Positions 1-11,139 of a stretch of DNA of 64,000 nt are shown here, one piece after another; within the stretch, counting starts at the first letter, position 1, and each line of letters opens with the position of its first letter. A program made the position numbers and the translations under genes. This DNA is from an uncultured Verrucomicrobiales bacterium (lineage in GTDB: Bacteria; Verrucomicrobiota; Verrucomicrobiia; Verrucomicrobiales; DEV007). The notes under the pieces are model-generated. The model was not told where the DNA came from. It saw only the letters and a program-made list of their open reading frames with translations, and searched no databases. The DNA is taken from NCBI GenBank assembly GCA_938091905.1, contig CALKOM010000103.1:1-64000 (forward strand), in the 5' to 3' direction.

Positions 1-1
1 A

Positions 2-140
2 AGCGCCTACGGAGACCTCCTTTTGCGCCTAACCGAGAGCGAATTGATCGAATGCGAACAACGTGCTGCCGAGCGACGCATCAAGAACCGCCAAGTTCCC
101 TGTAACTAACTCAGAGGTTGGAGAACTTCGACTTCAAAGG
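2..140 (+). mobile_element. istB: IS21-family istB (ATPase helper) remnant, frameshifted, runs off window start
   Basis: Translation SAYGDLLLRLTESELIECEQRAAERRIK, then after frameshifts AKFPVT..LENFDFK, matches the IstB N-terminal pattern L..E...R..R...RR.K.A.FP..KTL..FDF. Confidence 0.7.
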
Positions 141-307
141 AGTTACCCCTGAGGTAGTGAACCAAGTGCCAGGCACCGGATCGATAGTCTCGGGAGCCAC
201 AAACCTGGGCGAGATGGGAACGTAGTATCCTTTTACGTTTCATGAATTCTGTAAGTAACTGATAATGAGTTGCTTATATAGAATTTATCGAATCAGCCTT
301 TAGTATT

Positions 308-324
308 TGTTGGAATTCTTTACA
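308..324 (+). promoter_or_regulatory. Candidate sigma54 enhancer-binding protein site (TGT-N11-ACA)
   Basis: TGTTGGAATTCTTTACA lies about 120 bp upstream of the -24 box. A second TGT-N11-ACA sits at 471-487. Confidence 0.45.
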
Positions 325-400
325 AAATAGCTCAGATTGCCTACCAGTTTGCCGACTCCAGAAAACCATCCTTGAAAATTTACATCCATAGTACGCTCTT

Positions 401-413
401 AGTCAACGAGTTG
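401..413 (+). promoter_or_regulatory. Candidate IHF site
   Basis: AGTCAACGAGTTG is one mismatch from WATCAANNNNTTR and lies between the enhancer site and the sigma54 box. Confidence 0.4.
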
Positions 414-440
414 CAGTTTATGATGATTGGGTCATGGCAA

Positions 441-458
441 TTGGCACGGCACCTGCTT
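441..458 (+). promoter_or_regulatory. Sigma54 (-24/-12) promoter
   Basis: TTGGCACGGCACCTGCTT has GG-N10-GC spacing and ends about 55 bp before the ATG of the PEP-CTERM gene. Confidence 0.7.
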
Positions 459-513
459 ACTTATAATCACTGTAAATTCCCAACACATAAGCAAAAATTA
501 GTTATATAAGAAT

Positions 514-1059
514 ATGAAAAATAAATGGTTAGTATTAGCAGCAGGAGCATTGGTTTTGATGTCCGCAACGGTGGCTCAAGCCGCCCTCATCAAAGGTACC
601 ATTGGGTTGAGTGGGCTCTATACTGTCGACAACTCAGATCTTACTGCAGCTACAGAAATCACTTTCGGCTCCACCTTCGCCTTTGGCGGTACCGAAGACT
701 TAGATCTTGGAGCGACGCCTGTTTCGGTTACGATGGCTACTTCGCTTACCTTCGATCCCTTGTTCACGGTGACCAGCAACCCACTGTGGTCGGTCGGAGG
801 ATTCGATTTCGAGCTCGGTAGCTTGGCCGTCACGAATCAAGCGACCGATTCGTTGTCACTTAGCGGAGCGGGCACACTTAGCAAAACGGGTTTCGAGGAC
901 ACCACTGGAACTTGGGTTGCGAGCTTCAACGCTTCCGGCACCAGCTTTACTTGGTCGTCCAGCACCAATAGTGGCGGTGTGGGGGTGCCTGAGCCGGGGT
1001 TCTTCTTTCCTGCATTGTTGGTTCTTGTAGGGTTCGCGTTGAGAAGAGCCAGGTGCTAA
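514..1059 (+). CDS. PEP-CTERM sorting domain protein
   Basis: Signal peptide, Ser/Thr/Gly-rich beta domain, and C-terminal VPEP followed by a hydrophobic helix and basic tail (RRAR). Confidence 0.9.
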   Translation: MKNKWLVLAAGALVLMSATVAQAALIKGTIGLSGLYTVDNSDLTAATEITFGSTFAFGGTEDLDLGATPVSVTMATSLTFDPLFTVTSNPLWSVGGFDFELGSLAVTNQATDSLSLSGAGTLSKTGFEDTTGTWVASFNASGTSFTWSSSTNSGGVGVPEPGFFFPALLVLVGFALRRARC

Positions 1060-2228
1060 CGTCGTTGCGTAAAGATACTAGGTGATTCCTAGCATTTGTC
1101 TGCAGGTTCGACCGATGGAGTTGGGAGCCTTTTCCCACGTTACTAGCACCCATTTTGAGTCTATGCAGCGGCTTTGACTTGCGTTCTTCGGATCTCGGAG
1201 AAACTCACCTTCGGGTTCTATCAAGGCCCGGTCTCCAGACTCTTCTATCATAGCTAACGCGTGAATTGAGTCTTCGCGAACGGAAGGGAAGTGGCTAGGT
1301 TGACATACTGATACTCAAATGGTTATCACGCGTCTCCTTCCCGTTGATTCGGATATGAATCTTTCGTGCTTTGGGCGGCAGGCTAGAACTCGTGTCTCAT
1401 TTGTGGATATCCGCTAGCTCCAACCGTATAGGCTTCGCAACCAAATTTACGATACAGCGCAATCGCGGGCTGATTCTGTGGTTTCACACCAAGTCGAAGG
1501 CCGGATACTCTATTTTCTACCGTTTCGATAAATCTACTCAACAAAAACAAGCCCAGACCCTTGCCCTAGCATTGCTTCGGCACAGCGATTCCAATGAAGG
1601 AATAGGGACATCCGTAACCAGTTAATCTGATCATACCTGTCCAAGCGTGCCCAGATGGGGCCCATTGGTTCCGAGGTCACCTTATCCATTCCAATCAAGC
1701 TAACGTCCTCTGGCCGACCTCATTCTTCAATAAGTCTTCGAATCTTCGGCTGATCGAGGAAAGTGCGAGCCCTCTTCTCATCGCCTGGAGTATCCCAGAG
1801 AGCTGCATAGAGCATGAACCATAGAAAGCCTGATCGCTGGGACCAATCAACGGGGGGTGCCATCGTGAAGGTATCATCTTATTGTTGTGTGTTAGAAGAA
1901 TGGCGGGACTGGCAATCGATTCTCTGTGTTAGAGTGGGCTTCATCTGCAATGCGAGATTCTATGGGTGCCTTTGAATAATGAAAGCGGCATGCCCAAAGG
2001 CTATTTCGGAGTTGTTCGGTTTTCGAGACGGAACCGTTGTGCAACGTTACGAAAGCGCGCCAAGAACGCAATCGCTGGTCGCGGCATCGACCACTGGCCT
2101 TGGAGAGCAAGCGTGAGCACGGTTGCCTAGGAAATAGGCACTCCAGATAAGGCTACAAGAAACGGGCTTGTACTGGCTGCGGAGAAAGAGATTGGCGCTG
2201 ACCCAGCAGCTTTGACTAGAATCGAAGG

Positions 2229-2395
2229 ATGAAGACTTTCTTTGGATGCCTGGCTGCTATCTCCATCTGTGCTGTGCATGTCCGCCATGCAGATGAAGCT
2301 TCCGATACTGATTTCAAAGCGCTTCTCAATGGCGAGGACCTCTCGGGCTGAGAGGGGAATTCCAAGTTCTGGCGTCTCGACGATGGAGTGCTTCT
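2229..2395 (+). pseudogene. DUF1080 (3-keto-disaccharide hydrolase) N-terminal remnant
   Basis: MKTFFGCLAA...DFKALLNGEDLSG*EGNSKFWRLDDGVL has TGA at 2349 where the family has W, and is truncated at the next remnant. Confidence 0.7.
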
Positions 2396-3030
2396 TTTTC
2401 TGATAGGATCCCTCCTCGCGTTTGGCACTTCGCACGGTCAGTGGTCGGAGGAGAGGCTTGGCAAGGTGACCGAGTATCTGCAGAGCGAGGTGGACTCCAA
2501 ACGCGTTGCCGGAGCCGTCGCCTTGAATGCACGCAATGGCGAGATGAGTTACTTTGAGGCCGTTGGTGACGGGATGCAGAAAGACGGGATCTTCCGTATT
2601 GCCCCGATGACCAAGGCAATCACAAGTGTGGCTGTCATGATGCTGGTCGAAGAAGGCTAGGTGGCGTTCGAGGACCCGATTGCGAAGTATTTGCCTAAGT
2701 TTGCAGATCATGATCACCAGCCAAAGATCCATCATTTGCTCACCCACACGTCGGGCCTCAGTAATGGATGGTTCGGTCCAGAATCGCAAGATACGGCGTA
2801 TCGCTGGGCCAGGGTTGAACTGCTGGTGCCTTTACCGGATACCTTAGAAGAGTGGGTGAAGCGGCTTGGTCCTCTTCATCTAGCGTTTCGGCCAGGCGAG
2901 CAGTGTGCTTATGTCATGTCCGCGGAGGTGCTTGGCCGGAAGAAGACGCGGATCTAACATTGGAGCAGTTCTTTCATGAGCGGATCTTCTGGCCTCTGAT
3001 GATGAGAGGCGCTCACTTCTACTTGCTTAT
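2388..3030 (+). pseudogene. Serine hydrolase (beta-lactamase class C-like) pseudogene
   Basis: IFRIAPMTK shows the catalytic SxxK changed to PxxK; LLTHTSG is present; in-frame TAG at 2658, a frameshift near 2940, and the C-terminus is missing. Confidence 0.85.
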
Positions 3031-3083
3031 AGAGAAACACGGGCGAGAAGAATCCCTCTTGGAACTTCCTCGAACGCAATGGC

Positions 3084-6000
3084 TTGAGCGGAGGCACCAT
3101 TTACTACTTTGATCCAGAAGCCGGTGCTCCCAATGGGTTGTCGGATGCTGCTGAATCCTATGTTCTCACCACGGTTCGAGCCGACGGTGAATTGGAAGGC
3201 AAGCTCGAGGACATCCACGCCAATCCTGCCAATGGCAAGCAACTGATCTTCAGCGCCCAGAACAACGGGCTCTACCTCATGGACGTCCGTATCCAATTTG
3301 ATAGCAACGGAAACGTCGTTCCTGACAAATCAACCGTGGACATCTCTAACGTGCTCACTGATGACAACACGCTGTCGACCTTCGATGACCCTGACAATCT
3401 GACATGGTCGCCCAGTGGCTACATCTACGTGCAGGAAGACGGAAGCAATGCTGGCGGTCCTGATCACGAAATCTGGCGGCTCTTGCTTTCCGACCCTAGC
3501 GGAACGCTGACCCGAGTGGGCCAGGGACACACGGAAACGTCAGGGATCATCGACGTTTCGGATTTGGCAGGCTTTGCCCCGAATACGATCTATCTCTTTT
3601 CTGTCATGGGAGGATCGGGACTTTCTCATCTCGTCACCTTGGTCAATACGGACGCGATTTGCCCGGTTGTCCTGCCCGGCACCCAGGTGGGCTCGGTGAC
3701 CGATAGCGAGCTGTTTGAGATCTCGGGCTTGGCCGCGAGTACCAAGAATCCCGGCGTCCTGTGGGTGCATAATGACGGCGGCAATGACGCAGAGCTTTAC
3801 GCTTTGGGCACGAGCGGAGACCTTCTTGGAACCTACACGTTAGAGGGGGTGAGTACGAACATCGATTGGGAAGACATGGCCATCGGTCCCGGCCCCGCGC
3901 CTGGTGTGCCCTATCTGTATATTGCGGATACCGGTGATAATAACACAGATCGAAATTCGGTGACGATTTATCGAGTGCCGGAGCCCAATAGAGAGGTCAT
4001 ACCAAGCGGTGTGCTGACCGGTGTGGAAGAACTGTCCGTGCAGTATCCTGGCAATCCCTACGATTGTGAAACCTTGCTCGTGGATCCTCGAAATGGGGAC
4101 ATGGTGCTGGTGACCCGTGATCGCGCCAGTTCCAGCGTCACTCCACGGATCAGTGGGGTGTTCAGCTACCCAGCAGCCCAACAGAATCCCTCGACAACGT
4201 TCACGCTCATCAAGCATCCGGCGTCAGAGCTTTCGAGCTTCCATAACATCAAAGGCGGGGACGTTTCCAGGGCTGTTAACCAGGCTGGTGACTACCAAGT
4301 GATTCTGAGGCCCTCGCAATACGACACGACGGTGGACGGCATGTTATGGACTCTTACGTCAGGCACGGCACTCGGGGATGTCTTTAGCCAGGCATTCTGC
4401 CGGGTGCCTCTCGCGGCGGAAGAACAGGGCGAAGCCGTCTCTTTCAATGCCGCTGGTACTGGCTACTACACGATTAGCGAAGAAGTCGGCAGCGGCTTTT
4501 CCCCAGTGCCCGTTTATTTCTATGGTAGTGATGCCAATCTTCCTCCTGTCAACAACGAAGACGTTGACCTCAGCATCACCCTTACAGCGATCGGTGCATA
4601 CGGTGATCCGTTGACTTACACCATTGTTAGCAGTCCGGCCAAGGGCTCATTGTCAGGGACCGGGGCGACTTGGATCTACACGCAGCACTCCAATTTCAAT
4701 GGTGATGACTCGTTTACCTTTTTCGCCAATGACGGTAAGGTGAATAGCGCTGTTGCGACGGTCACGATCACCGTGAATCCGATCAACGACGCCCCGGTGG
4801 CTGAGGCCGGACTTGATCAAACGGTATTCGTGGATGACGTCGTCTCTTTGGATGGCACGAACAGTTCGGATCCAGAAGCAGATACACTCACGTATGCCTG
4901 GACGCAGACCGGTGGCTCTACCGTGATCTTGAGTGACGCCAACGCCGTTCAGTCTACTTTTACGGCTCTGCTAGGATTAGAGGCATTGGAGTTCGAGGTG
5001 GAAGTGTCGGATGGCGCGCTCTCATCCACGGATAGGGTTGTCGTGACGGTGAATGAAATCGTCCACGGCGCCTTTGTCTCACAAGAACCGACCGTCACCA
5101 ACGGCTTGGTCGTTGGTAGTATTGATGCCACCATGTTCAGTGATGGTCAGGTGCAAACACTCACTGAAGCGCGAAGCGGCAGGAAAGGATTCAAAGCTCT
5201 TGAAGTGGAATACGTTCTTGAAACGACTGCTCCTAGCAGCTCGATTACTAACCTTGTGCTTCACCTGGACTACGACTGGACAGCCATTGATTCCGGCGAT
5301 TTTCTCGAAGCCTTCATCCGGAACGTGACCTCAGGTAATTGGGGAGACCTTACGGCAACCTGGCTTGATGATGGGAGCTTTGATGCGGTGTCGCCTGAGG
5401 ATTACGTTGACGGAAGTCGACATATTCGAGTCCTGTTTCGGGACTCTGCAGATATCCAACGGGAGAAGGCCGACTCGCTCTCCATCGATTTGCTTTGGGC
5501 GCAGATTGATATCGGTGTCCCTGACGCGGTGGCGCCGGCAGCGCCCACCGGGCTTTTGGCTGATGCGGGTGAGTTTGTGGTGGATCTGGACTGGAACGAC
5601 AATTCCGAATCAGACCTCTTGGGCTAGATCGTTTACCGTCATGACGCAGTGGTAGATACTTATGGCGCGTTGCACACGGATCCGGTTTTGAAGAGTGCTC
5701 TTCAGGATGCCTCTGTAGAGGCAGGCATGTCGTATTCATACAGCGTTACTGCTATATATTTCTCCGGCAACGAAAGTGATCTCAGCGAAGCCCTCGAAGT
5801 CATGACGGTGAACGAGAATCCGTCTTCTCCTGCCGGGGTGACGGCGACGGCAGGGGATGGGCAAGTGCCTGTGGACTGGGATGAGAGTACGGAGCCCGAC
5901 TTGACAGGATATCATGTGTATCGATCCGAAACCTCTGGAGGCACGTTCAGCCGAATCAACGGTTCGGTGATTGATACCAACGGCGTGATCGATACCGGTC

Positions 6001-6341
6001 TAACGAACGGAACCACTTACTACTACAAGGTTAGTGCGATTGACCTTCAGGACAACGAAAGTGAACTCAGCGAGGAGGTCAGTGCGAAACCCACACTAAC
6101 ACCAACAATAACGCTCACAGCCAACGGATATAAAGTGAAGGGTAAGCACACCATTGATCTCAGTTGTAGCGGTGCAGCTTTGGTCGACATCTACAGAAAT
6201 GGAGTTCTCTACGATGCCAACATCAGCGGAGGCAGCTACACCGACGCCACCAATCGAAAAGGAGGTGCCACCTACGTCTACCAAGTGTGCGAAGCTGGCA
6301 ATCCGGCAAACTGTTCGAATGAAGTCACAGTGACTTTCTAG
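3084..6341 (+). pseudogene. Large extracellular multidomain protein (PhoX-like fragment, beta-propeller, Ig/cadherin-like, PKD, FN3 repeats), N-truncated with an internal TAG
   Basis: Motifs DNLTWSPSGYIYVQEDG, EISGLAAS..NPGVLWVHND and DWEDMA. ORF 5649..6341 is in frame across TAG 5625 (DLLG*IVYR versus the later repeat DLTGYHVYR). No signal peptide. Confidence 0.75.
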
Positions 6342-6486
6342 ACGCGGATAAGGTTAGGTGAGGGCGTGCTAGGCTTTGTATTTGGTGGCTTGGGCAGCCT
6401 TCACCGTTTAGAGAGACTCTGTTGGCCCCAAGGTGAAGGGGAGTCTGGTGCGCACTCGTTGCTTGCCGGAGAGCGGTGTGAGCCCT

Positions 6487-7452
6487 ATGCTTTTAAGTAT
6501 GGTCAACTTTGAGTATCTCTACCGTGGACTCTGTGGCATGGCCCATGCACCGCGTGCAAGTTCGATGGCTGGTCATTTGGGAGCGGCTGTCATTGCAGGG
6601 TACTTCATTGGAGAGGATCATCCTGGCACGGACTCTAAAGTGTTTGCTGCGATCGAGCGCGATCTCGACCGCATCACCGGTGGAGAGGAGTCGATTTGGT
6701 TCGACTCTAAGAAGGCAGGGATCACAGCAGAGGCCTTGTTCGAACCTTTCCCCAAGGAGAAGGGCCAGGCCGAACGTGTCGACTCCCTTGCCGATGCGTT
6801 GGCGAGGAACATCGGCAAGACTCGTCAGTCAGGGCACAATGTGATCTTCACTTCCATTGCCATCCGTGCCTTGATGGGCCACGAAGAGTTTGCGACACCA
6901 GCGTTGGTCACCGGCATCGAGAAACTCATTGCTAGTTTCAATGGCCAACATCCTGGACGGGGGTACTTCGGGAAAGAGCGGGGGTGGCTCAATGGTGACA
7001 AGGTGCTGCCAGAAGATCTGGCAGACGCACCTGCGTATGATTCATTGGAGTCCATGGCTGAACAGGTGATTGGCACCTTGATCACAACGGCCTCACAACA
7101 CCGGCGGGGCTTCGGCGGATTGTTTCATTTGATCAATCATGCTGCCGCCCTGCTAGAACTCGATGCACATGGCTATTCCGGTCTCGCCCTTCAAGGATTG
7201 GCCGCACACCGGCACCATCACAGACTCTACCGTTCGCTGCCTGACCTGGAGGACGAATTGGGTAAGTTGGAGAGCACTTCCGATGATCCCTTCAAGCCGA
7301 TCTACTGGAAACGGAACGAATCGAAGCAATGGGGAGCGTGGCTCACACATCGCGTCAAGACACTCTACGGTTTCCATACACTTCTGCGGGTCATTGAAGA
7401 CCAAACGAAGCGTGATAATGCTTTAACGAAATTTGGTTATTTGTTAGCATAG
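6487..7452 (+). CDS. Hypothetical protein with several His-containing motifs
   Basis: Long clean ORF with GHLGAA, SGHNVIF, HLINHAA and LTHRVKT; start codon uncertain (6487 or 6499). Confidence 0.7.
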   Translation: MLLSMVNFEYLYRGLCGMAHAPRASSMAGHLGAAVIAGYFIGEDHPGTDSKVFAAIERDLDRITGGEESIWFDSKKAGITAEALFEPFPKEKGQAERVDSLADALARNIGKTRQSGHNVIFTSIAIRALMGHEEFATPALVTGIEKLIASFNGQHPGRGYFGKERGWLNGDKVLPEDLADAPAYDSLESMAEQVIGTLITTASQHRRGFGGLFHLINHAAALLELDAHGYSGLALQGLAAHRHHHRLYRSLPDLEDELGKLESTSDDPFKPIYWKRNESKQWGAWLTHRVKTLYGFHTLLRVIEDQTKRDNALTKFGYLLA

Positions 7453-7987
7453 ATGAGGATAGCAAACTCTTCTTTGTCGACGATGTGGTTCCAAACATGG
7501 GTGCTCATCACGGTATAGGTGCTTTGGCTGATGAGGAACATGCTGAGGGGCCCCCGACGATGATGACGGGGGTAGCAACCCAGGGGCGCTAGCTTGCTTA
7601 CCCTGTCTCCTGGTTGAGCTGGCTCGTGGCACGCTCGGCAAAAGGGGCGTTGCATGGGATGCCTGTTTCTCGATCTCGCTCCCGAGATGGTTGTGTCACT
7701 CTTTTGTCGGATCCATCTCAGTCACGAGTTCGTGTTTGTACATTTCGAGCAGCAGTCGAGTCAGAAGCATAGGTACTCCGTCAAAAATGGGGGGGGATGA
7801 CAGTGGCCGATGGATTCGTGGCACTTCAAGCCACTGAGCTGGAGGTATGCGTAGTGCAAGGGTTACTTGGAGCATGATTCACTGTTTGCCGAAGTGCTTT
7901 CTTGGTGTCCAATGCGTTGGCCCTGGCATTCTGGACGCTTCTTCGTCTGAGTCAGAGCTAGATGGCTAAACACACGATCTTTAATAC

Positions 7988-9619
7988 ATGATGCGCTTTC
8001 TCCCTCCGTTGCTTGCCATCCTCAGCGGCGGGCTCCTAGCGTTGTGTTATCCTCGATGGAACATTGAGGAAATGGTCTGGCTTTGGGCGTTTCCGCTTAT
8101 GGTTGCGCTGTGGTGGCTGCCAGTGAAGAAGCGTCGTCGCCGATTTCGGCGTGGCTTTGGGTTGGGCTATCTTGCTGGGATCGTCTTCTTTGGCATCAAT
8201 TTCTCATGGATCTCGAATGTTACCGTCTTGGGGGCGATCATCTTGCCGTTTTATCTGGGGCTCTATGTTGCGGTGTGGGGCGGCATTGCCGCTACAGCCG
8301 GACGGCCACGCGATGGCAAACTGCATGTGCCGGAGGGTGAGGCACCCGGGCGATTTGCGATGGTTGGCGCCTCAGGGCATGCGCTGCGTTGTGCCTTTTT
8401 GAACGCGGCTGCGTGGGTAGGTCTGGAGTGGCTGCGTGGTTGGGTCTTCACCGGCTTTGGATGGAATGGCTTGGGCGTGGCTTTCCATGATAATCTCAAT
8501 CTCATTCAGATTGCGGATATCGTCGGCGTCACGGGGCTTTCGTTTCTACCGATATTTGCTGGGAGTGTCTTGCTCACGACAGTGCGTCGCTTTCAATTGG
8601 AGATCCGGCATCAACAGCTCCGTCCGCACTTGGACTTTGGCATCGCCTTGGCGACAGTGGCAGGAACCTTTCTCTACGGTCTAGGGCACACATTGAAACC
8701 GCCTTCCGAAGGCAGGGACTTGAAGTGTGTCATGGTCCAACTGGCAGTTCCTCAAGAAGAGAAGTGGGATCCGAGCAAAGCGCTAGGGATTGTGCGGGAG
8801 TTCGAAAAGTTTACCACGACCTATGTCGAGTCGACGAATCCCGACTTGGTCTTATGGCCGGAATCATCGCTACCAAGTCCGCTCTTCGTAGACCCTGGAA
8901 ATGCGGTCTTTCTCAATCGGATCCTCTCGAAGGGTGAGTTTGCCTTGATGCTAGGCGTGAACGATGTTGATTTTGAAAGCGAGAACACGTTCAAGGCTTA
9001 CAATGCGGCTGCTCTCATGGCCGGGAGCTTTGATTCTCCCGAGCTTCAGGTCTATCATAAGAGTCATCTCGTGCCCTTTGGTGAGTTTGTGCCTTTCCGA
9101 GATGCGTTGCCATTCCTGGATGCCTGGTTCAAGCACGTGGTCCCGGCAGATTTCGATCGCGGTAGATCGACAGAGCCCCTTCAGTTTCCTGGCAAACCCC
9201 TCCAAGTGGTCCCGCTGATCTGTTTTGAGGACACGGTAGGACGTCTGGCGAGGAAATTCATCCGCCCAGAGTCTCAGTTCCTGGTCAATGTGACCAACGA
9301 CGGTTGGTTTCGCCAGAGTCCGGCGGCCGAGCAGCACGTGGCCAACGCGCGATTCCGGTGTGTGGAACTCCGTCGCCCGATGGCACGGGCCTGCAACACA
9401 GGGGTAACCTGTTTGATCGATGATCGAGGACGCGTGACGGCGATCCTAAACGACCCTGAAAGCGGTGTGTTTGTTAAAGGGGCACTCGCAAGCACGTTGA
9501 GGGTGCCGTCGGATCCGCCCATGACGTTCTATGCTCGCTTTGGGGATGTTTTCACCTTTATTGTTTCGGCATGCGCCCTTGTTCTCATCCTTCTTTATCG
9601 TCGATCATCTTCCTCCTAG
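7988..9619 (+). CDS. lnt: Apolipoprotein N-acyltransferase
   Basis: Membrane N-terminal half plus nitrilase-fold triad motifs WPES, KSHLVPFGE and ICFED. Confidence 0.95.
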   Translation: MMRFLPPLLAILSGGLLALCYPRWNIEEMVWLWAFPLMVALWWLPVKKRRRRFRRGFGLGYLAGIVFFGINFSWISNVTVLGAIILPFYLGLYVAVWGGIAATAGRPRDGKLHVPEGEAPGRFAMVGASGHALRCAFLNAAAWVGLEWLRGWVFTGFGWNGLGVAFHDNLNLIQIADIVGVTGLSFLPIFAGSVLLTTVRRFQLEIRHQQLRPHLDFGIALATVAGTFLYGLGHTLKPPSEGRDLKCVMVQLAVPQEEKWDPSKALGIVREFEKFTTTYVESTNPDLVLWPESSLPSPLFVDPGNAVFLNRILSKGEFALMLGVNDVDFESENTFKAYNAAALMAGSFDSPELQVYHKSHLVPFGEFVPFRDALPFLDAWFKHVVPADFDRGRSTEPLQFPGKPLQVVPLICFEDTVGRLARKFIRPESQFLVNVTNDGWFRQSPAAEQHVANARFRCVELRRPMARACNTGVTCLIDDRGRVTAILNDPESGVFVKGALASTLRVPSDPPMTFYARFGDVFTFIVSACALVLILLYRRSSSS

Positions 9620-11139
9620 CGCTTTGGCTAGGTGGAGTCTGCTTGGGACAGACAAAGCCTAACATCCTGATTGCGATCAGTGATGACCAGTCCTGGTGCC
9701 ACGCGTCTGCCTATGGTTCCAAGATGGTCAAGACGCCGCATTTCGATGCGATTGCCAAAGCTGGCGTGCTTTTCACCCATGCCTTCGCACCTTCTCCCGG
9801 CTGTAGCCCTTCGCGAGCTGCTTTTCTGACGGGGCGTCACACCTGGCAGATTGAGCATGCTGGAACGCACGCGAGTTTCTTTGATCCCAAGTATGTGACC
9901 TTTCCGGACCGACTCGCCGAAGACGGGTATGCAACAGGGCACGTCGGCAAGGGGTGGGCACCAGGAAATTGGAAAAAGTTAGGACGAAAGGTCAACCCAG
10001 CGGGGCCAAAGATGCCTGGTCCCAAGAAAGGCAACTATGCGGTAGGCTTCGAGCATTTCCTGAAAGAAGTGCGCAAGCCGAAGCAGCCGTTCTGTTTCTG
10101 GTTTGGTAGTTCGGATCCTCATCGGAGCTTTGAGAAGGGGGCGGGTCTCGGGAAAGGAAAGCGTTTGGAGGATGCGGAGGTTCCGTCGTTCCTCCCGGAC
10201 ACGCCAGAAGTCCGCAGCGATCTGCTGGACTACACCTTTGAGGTCGAGCGCTTTGATGATGACCTGGGGAAGATGATCGCGCTTTTAGAAGACGCGGGCG
10301 AGTTGGGCAATACCATTGTCATCGCGACCTCGGACAATGGCATGGCGTTCCCGCGAGCGAAGGCCAATTGCTATGAGTACGGCATCCGTATGCCGTTGGC
10401 TATCCAATGGCCCAAAGAGATACCCAAGGGGCGCGTGATCGATGATCTGGTCGGCTTTGTCGATCTTACGGCAACCCTCTATGAGATGACGGGTGTCGCT
10501 CCCCCGGAGGCGTTTCCGATTGTTGGCACTAGCCTAGCCACGACACTCCGTTCGGACCGCCAAGGGCTCGTGGAGACTGACAGAATGGCTGTTTACAGTG
10601 CGAGGGAACGTCATTCGTCCTCGCGTTACCAAACGTTGGGTTATCCGCAGCGCTGCATCCGGACGGCGGAGTATCTCTACATTTACAACTTCGCCCCTGA
10701 GCGCTGGCCTGCAGGCCCATCACGGAAATACGCCAAGGGCACCACCTTGGGGCCGGAACATGGTGGCTACCATGACATCGACGCCTGCCCAACGTTGGAT
10801 CATCTCATCGCCAAACGTGACGATCCTGAGTTGGGAAAATTTCTCTCACTCGCCGTGGTCCATCGTCCGGCAGAGGAGCTTTATGCGGTGAAGGAAGATC
10901 CTGGTTGCCTCGAGAATCTCGCCAACAAACCGAGCCATCGTGCCATGGCCGACGCCCTGCGGGGCCAACTCTCGGCTTATTTGAAGAAGACGGGAGACGC
11001 TCGAATACTCGGAAACGGAGACGTCTGGGAAACCTACCCACGCGTGTCGAGTTTGCGCTGGTTTCCGATACCCGATTGGGCGACCAAGAATCCTGACAAG
11101 GTGCCTAAGTTAGATTGGCTCGAGGCTCGTCGCCCGTGA
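9571..11139 (+). CDS. Sulfatase (N-sulfoglucosamine sulfohydrolase-like)
   Basis: PNILIAISDD, CSPSR formylglycine motif, GK.W, SDNG and a signal peptide; the start overlaps the end of lnt. Confidence 0.9.
   Translation: MRPCSHPSLSSIIFLLALWLGGVCLGQTKPNILIAISDDQSWCHASAYGSKMVKTPHFDAIAKAGVLFTHAFAPSPGCSPSRAAFLTGRHTWQIEHAGTHASFFDPKYVTFPDRLAEDGYATGHVGKGWAPGNWKKLGRKVNPAGPKMPGPKKGNYAVGFEHFLKEVRKPKQPFCFWFGSSDPHRSFEKGAGLGKGKRLEDAEVPSFLPDTPEVRSDLLDYTFEVERFDDDLGKMIALLEDAGELGNTIVIATSDNGMAFPRAKANCYEYGIRMPLAIQWPKEIPKGRVIDDLVGFVDLTATLYEMTGVAPPEAFPIVGTSLATTLRSDRQGLVETDRMAVYSARERHSSSRYQTLGYPQRCIRTAEYLYIYNFAPERWPAGPSRKYAKGTTLGPEHGGYHDIDACPTLDHLIAKRDDPELGKFLSLAVVHRPAEELYAVKEDPGCLENLANKPSHRAMADALRGQLSAYLKKTGDARILGNGDVWETYPRVSSLRWFPIPDWATKNPDKVPKLDWLEARRP

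Noticed and set aside
1060..2220. Short ORFs (1371..1625, 1695..1877, 1892..2110)
   Set aside because: No recognisable motifs or start signals; probably decayed sequence.
7437..7655. Possible PHB-depolymerase/esterase remnant (WNHIVDKEEFAILIY)
   Set aside because: Similarity rests on about 15 residues, too little to call.
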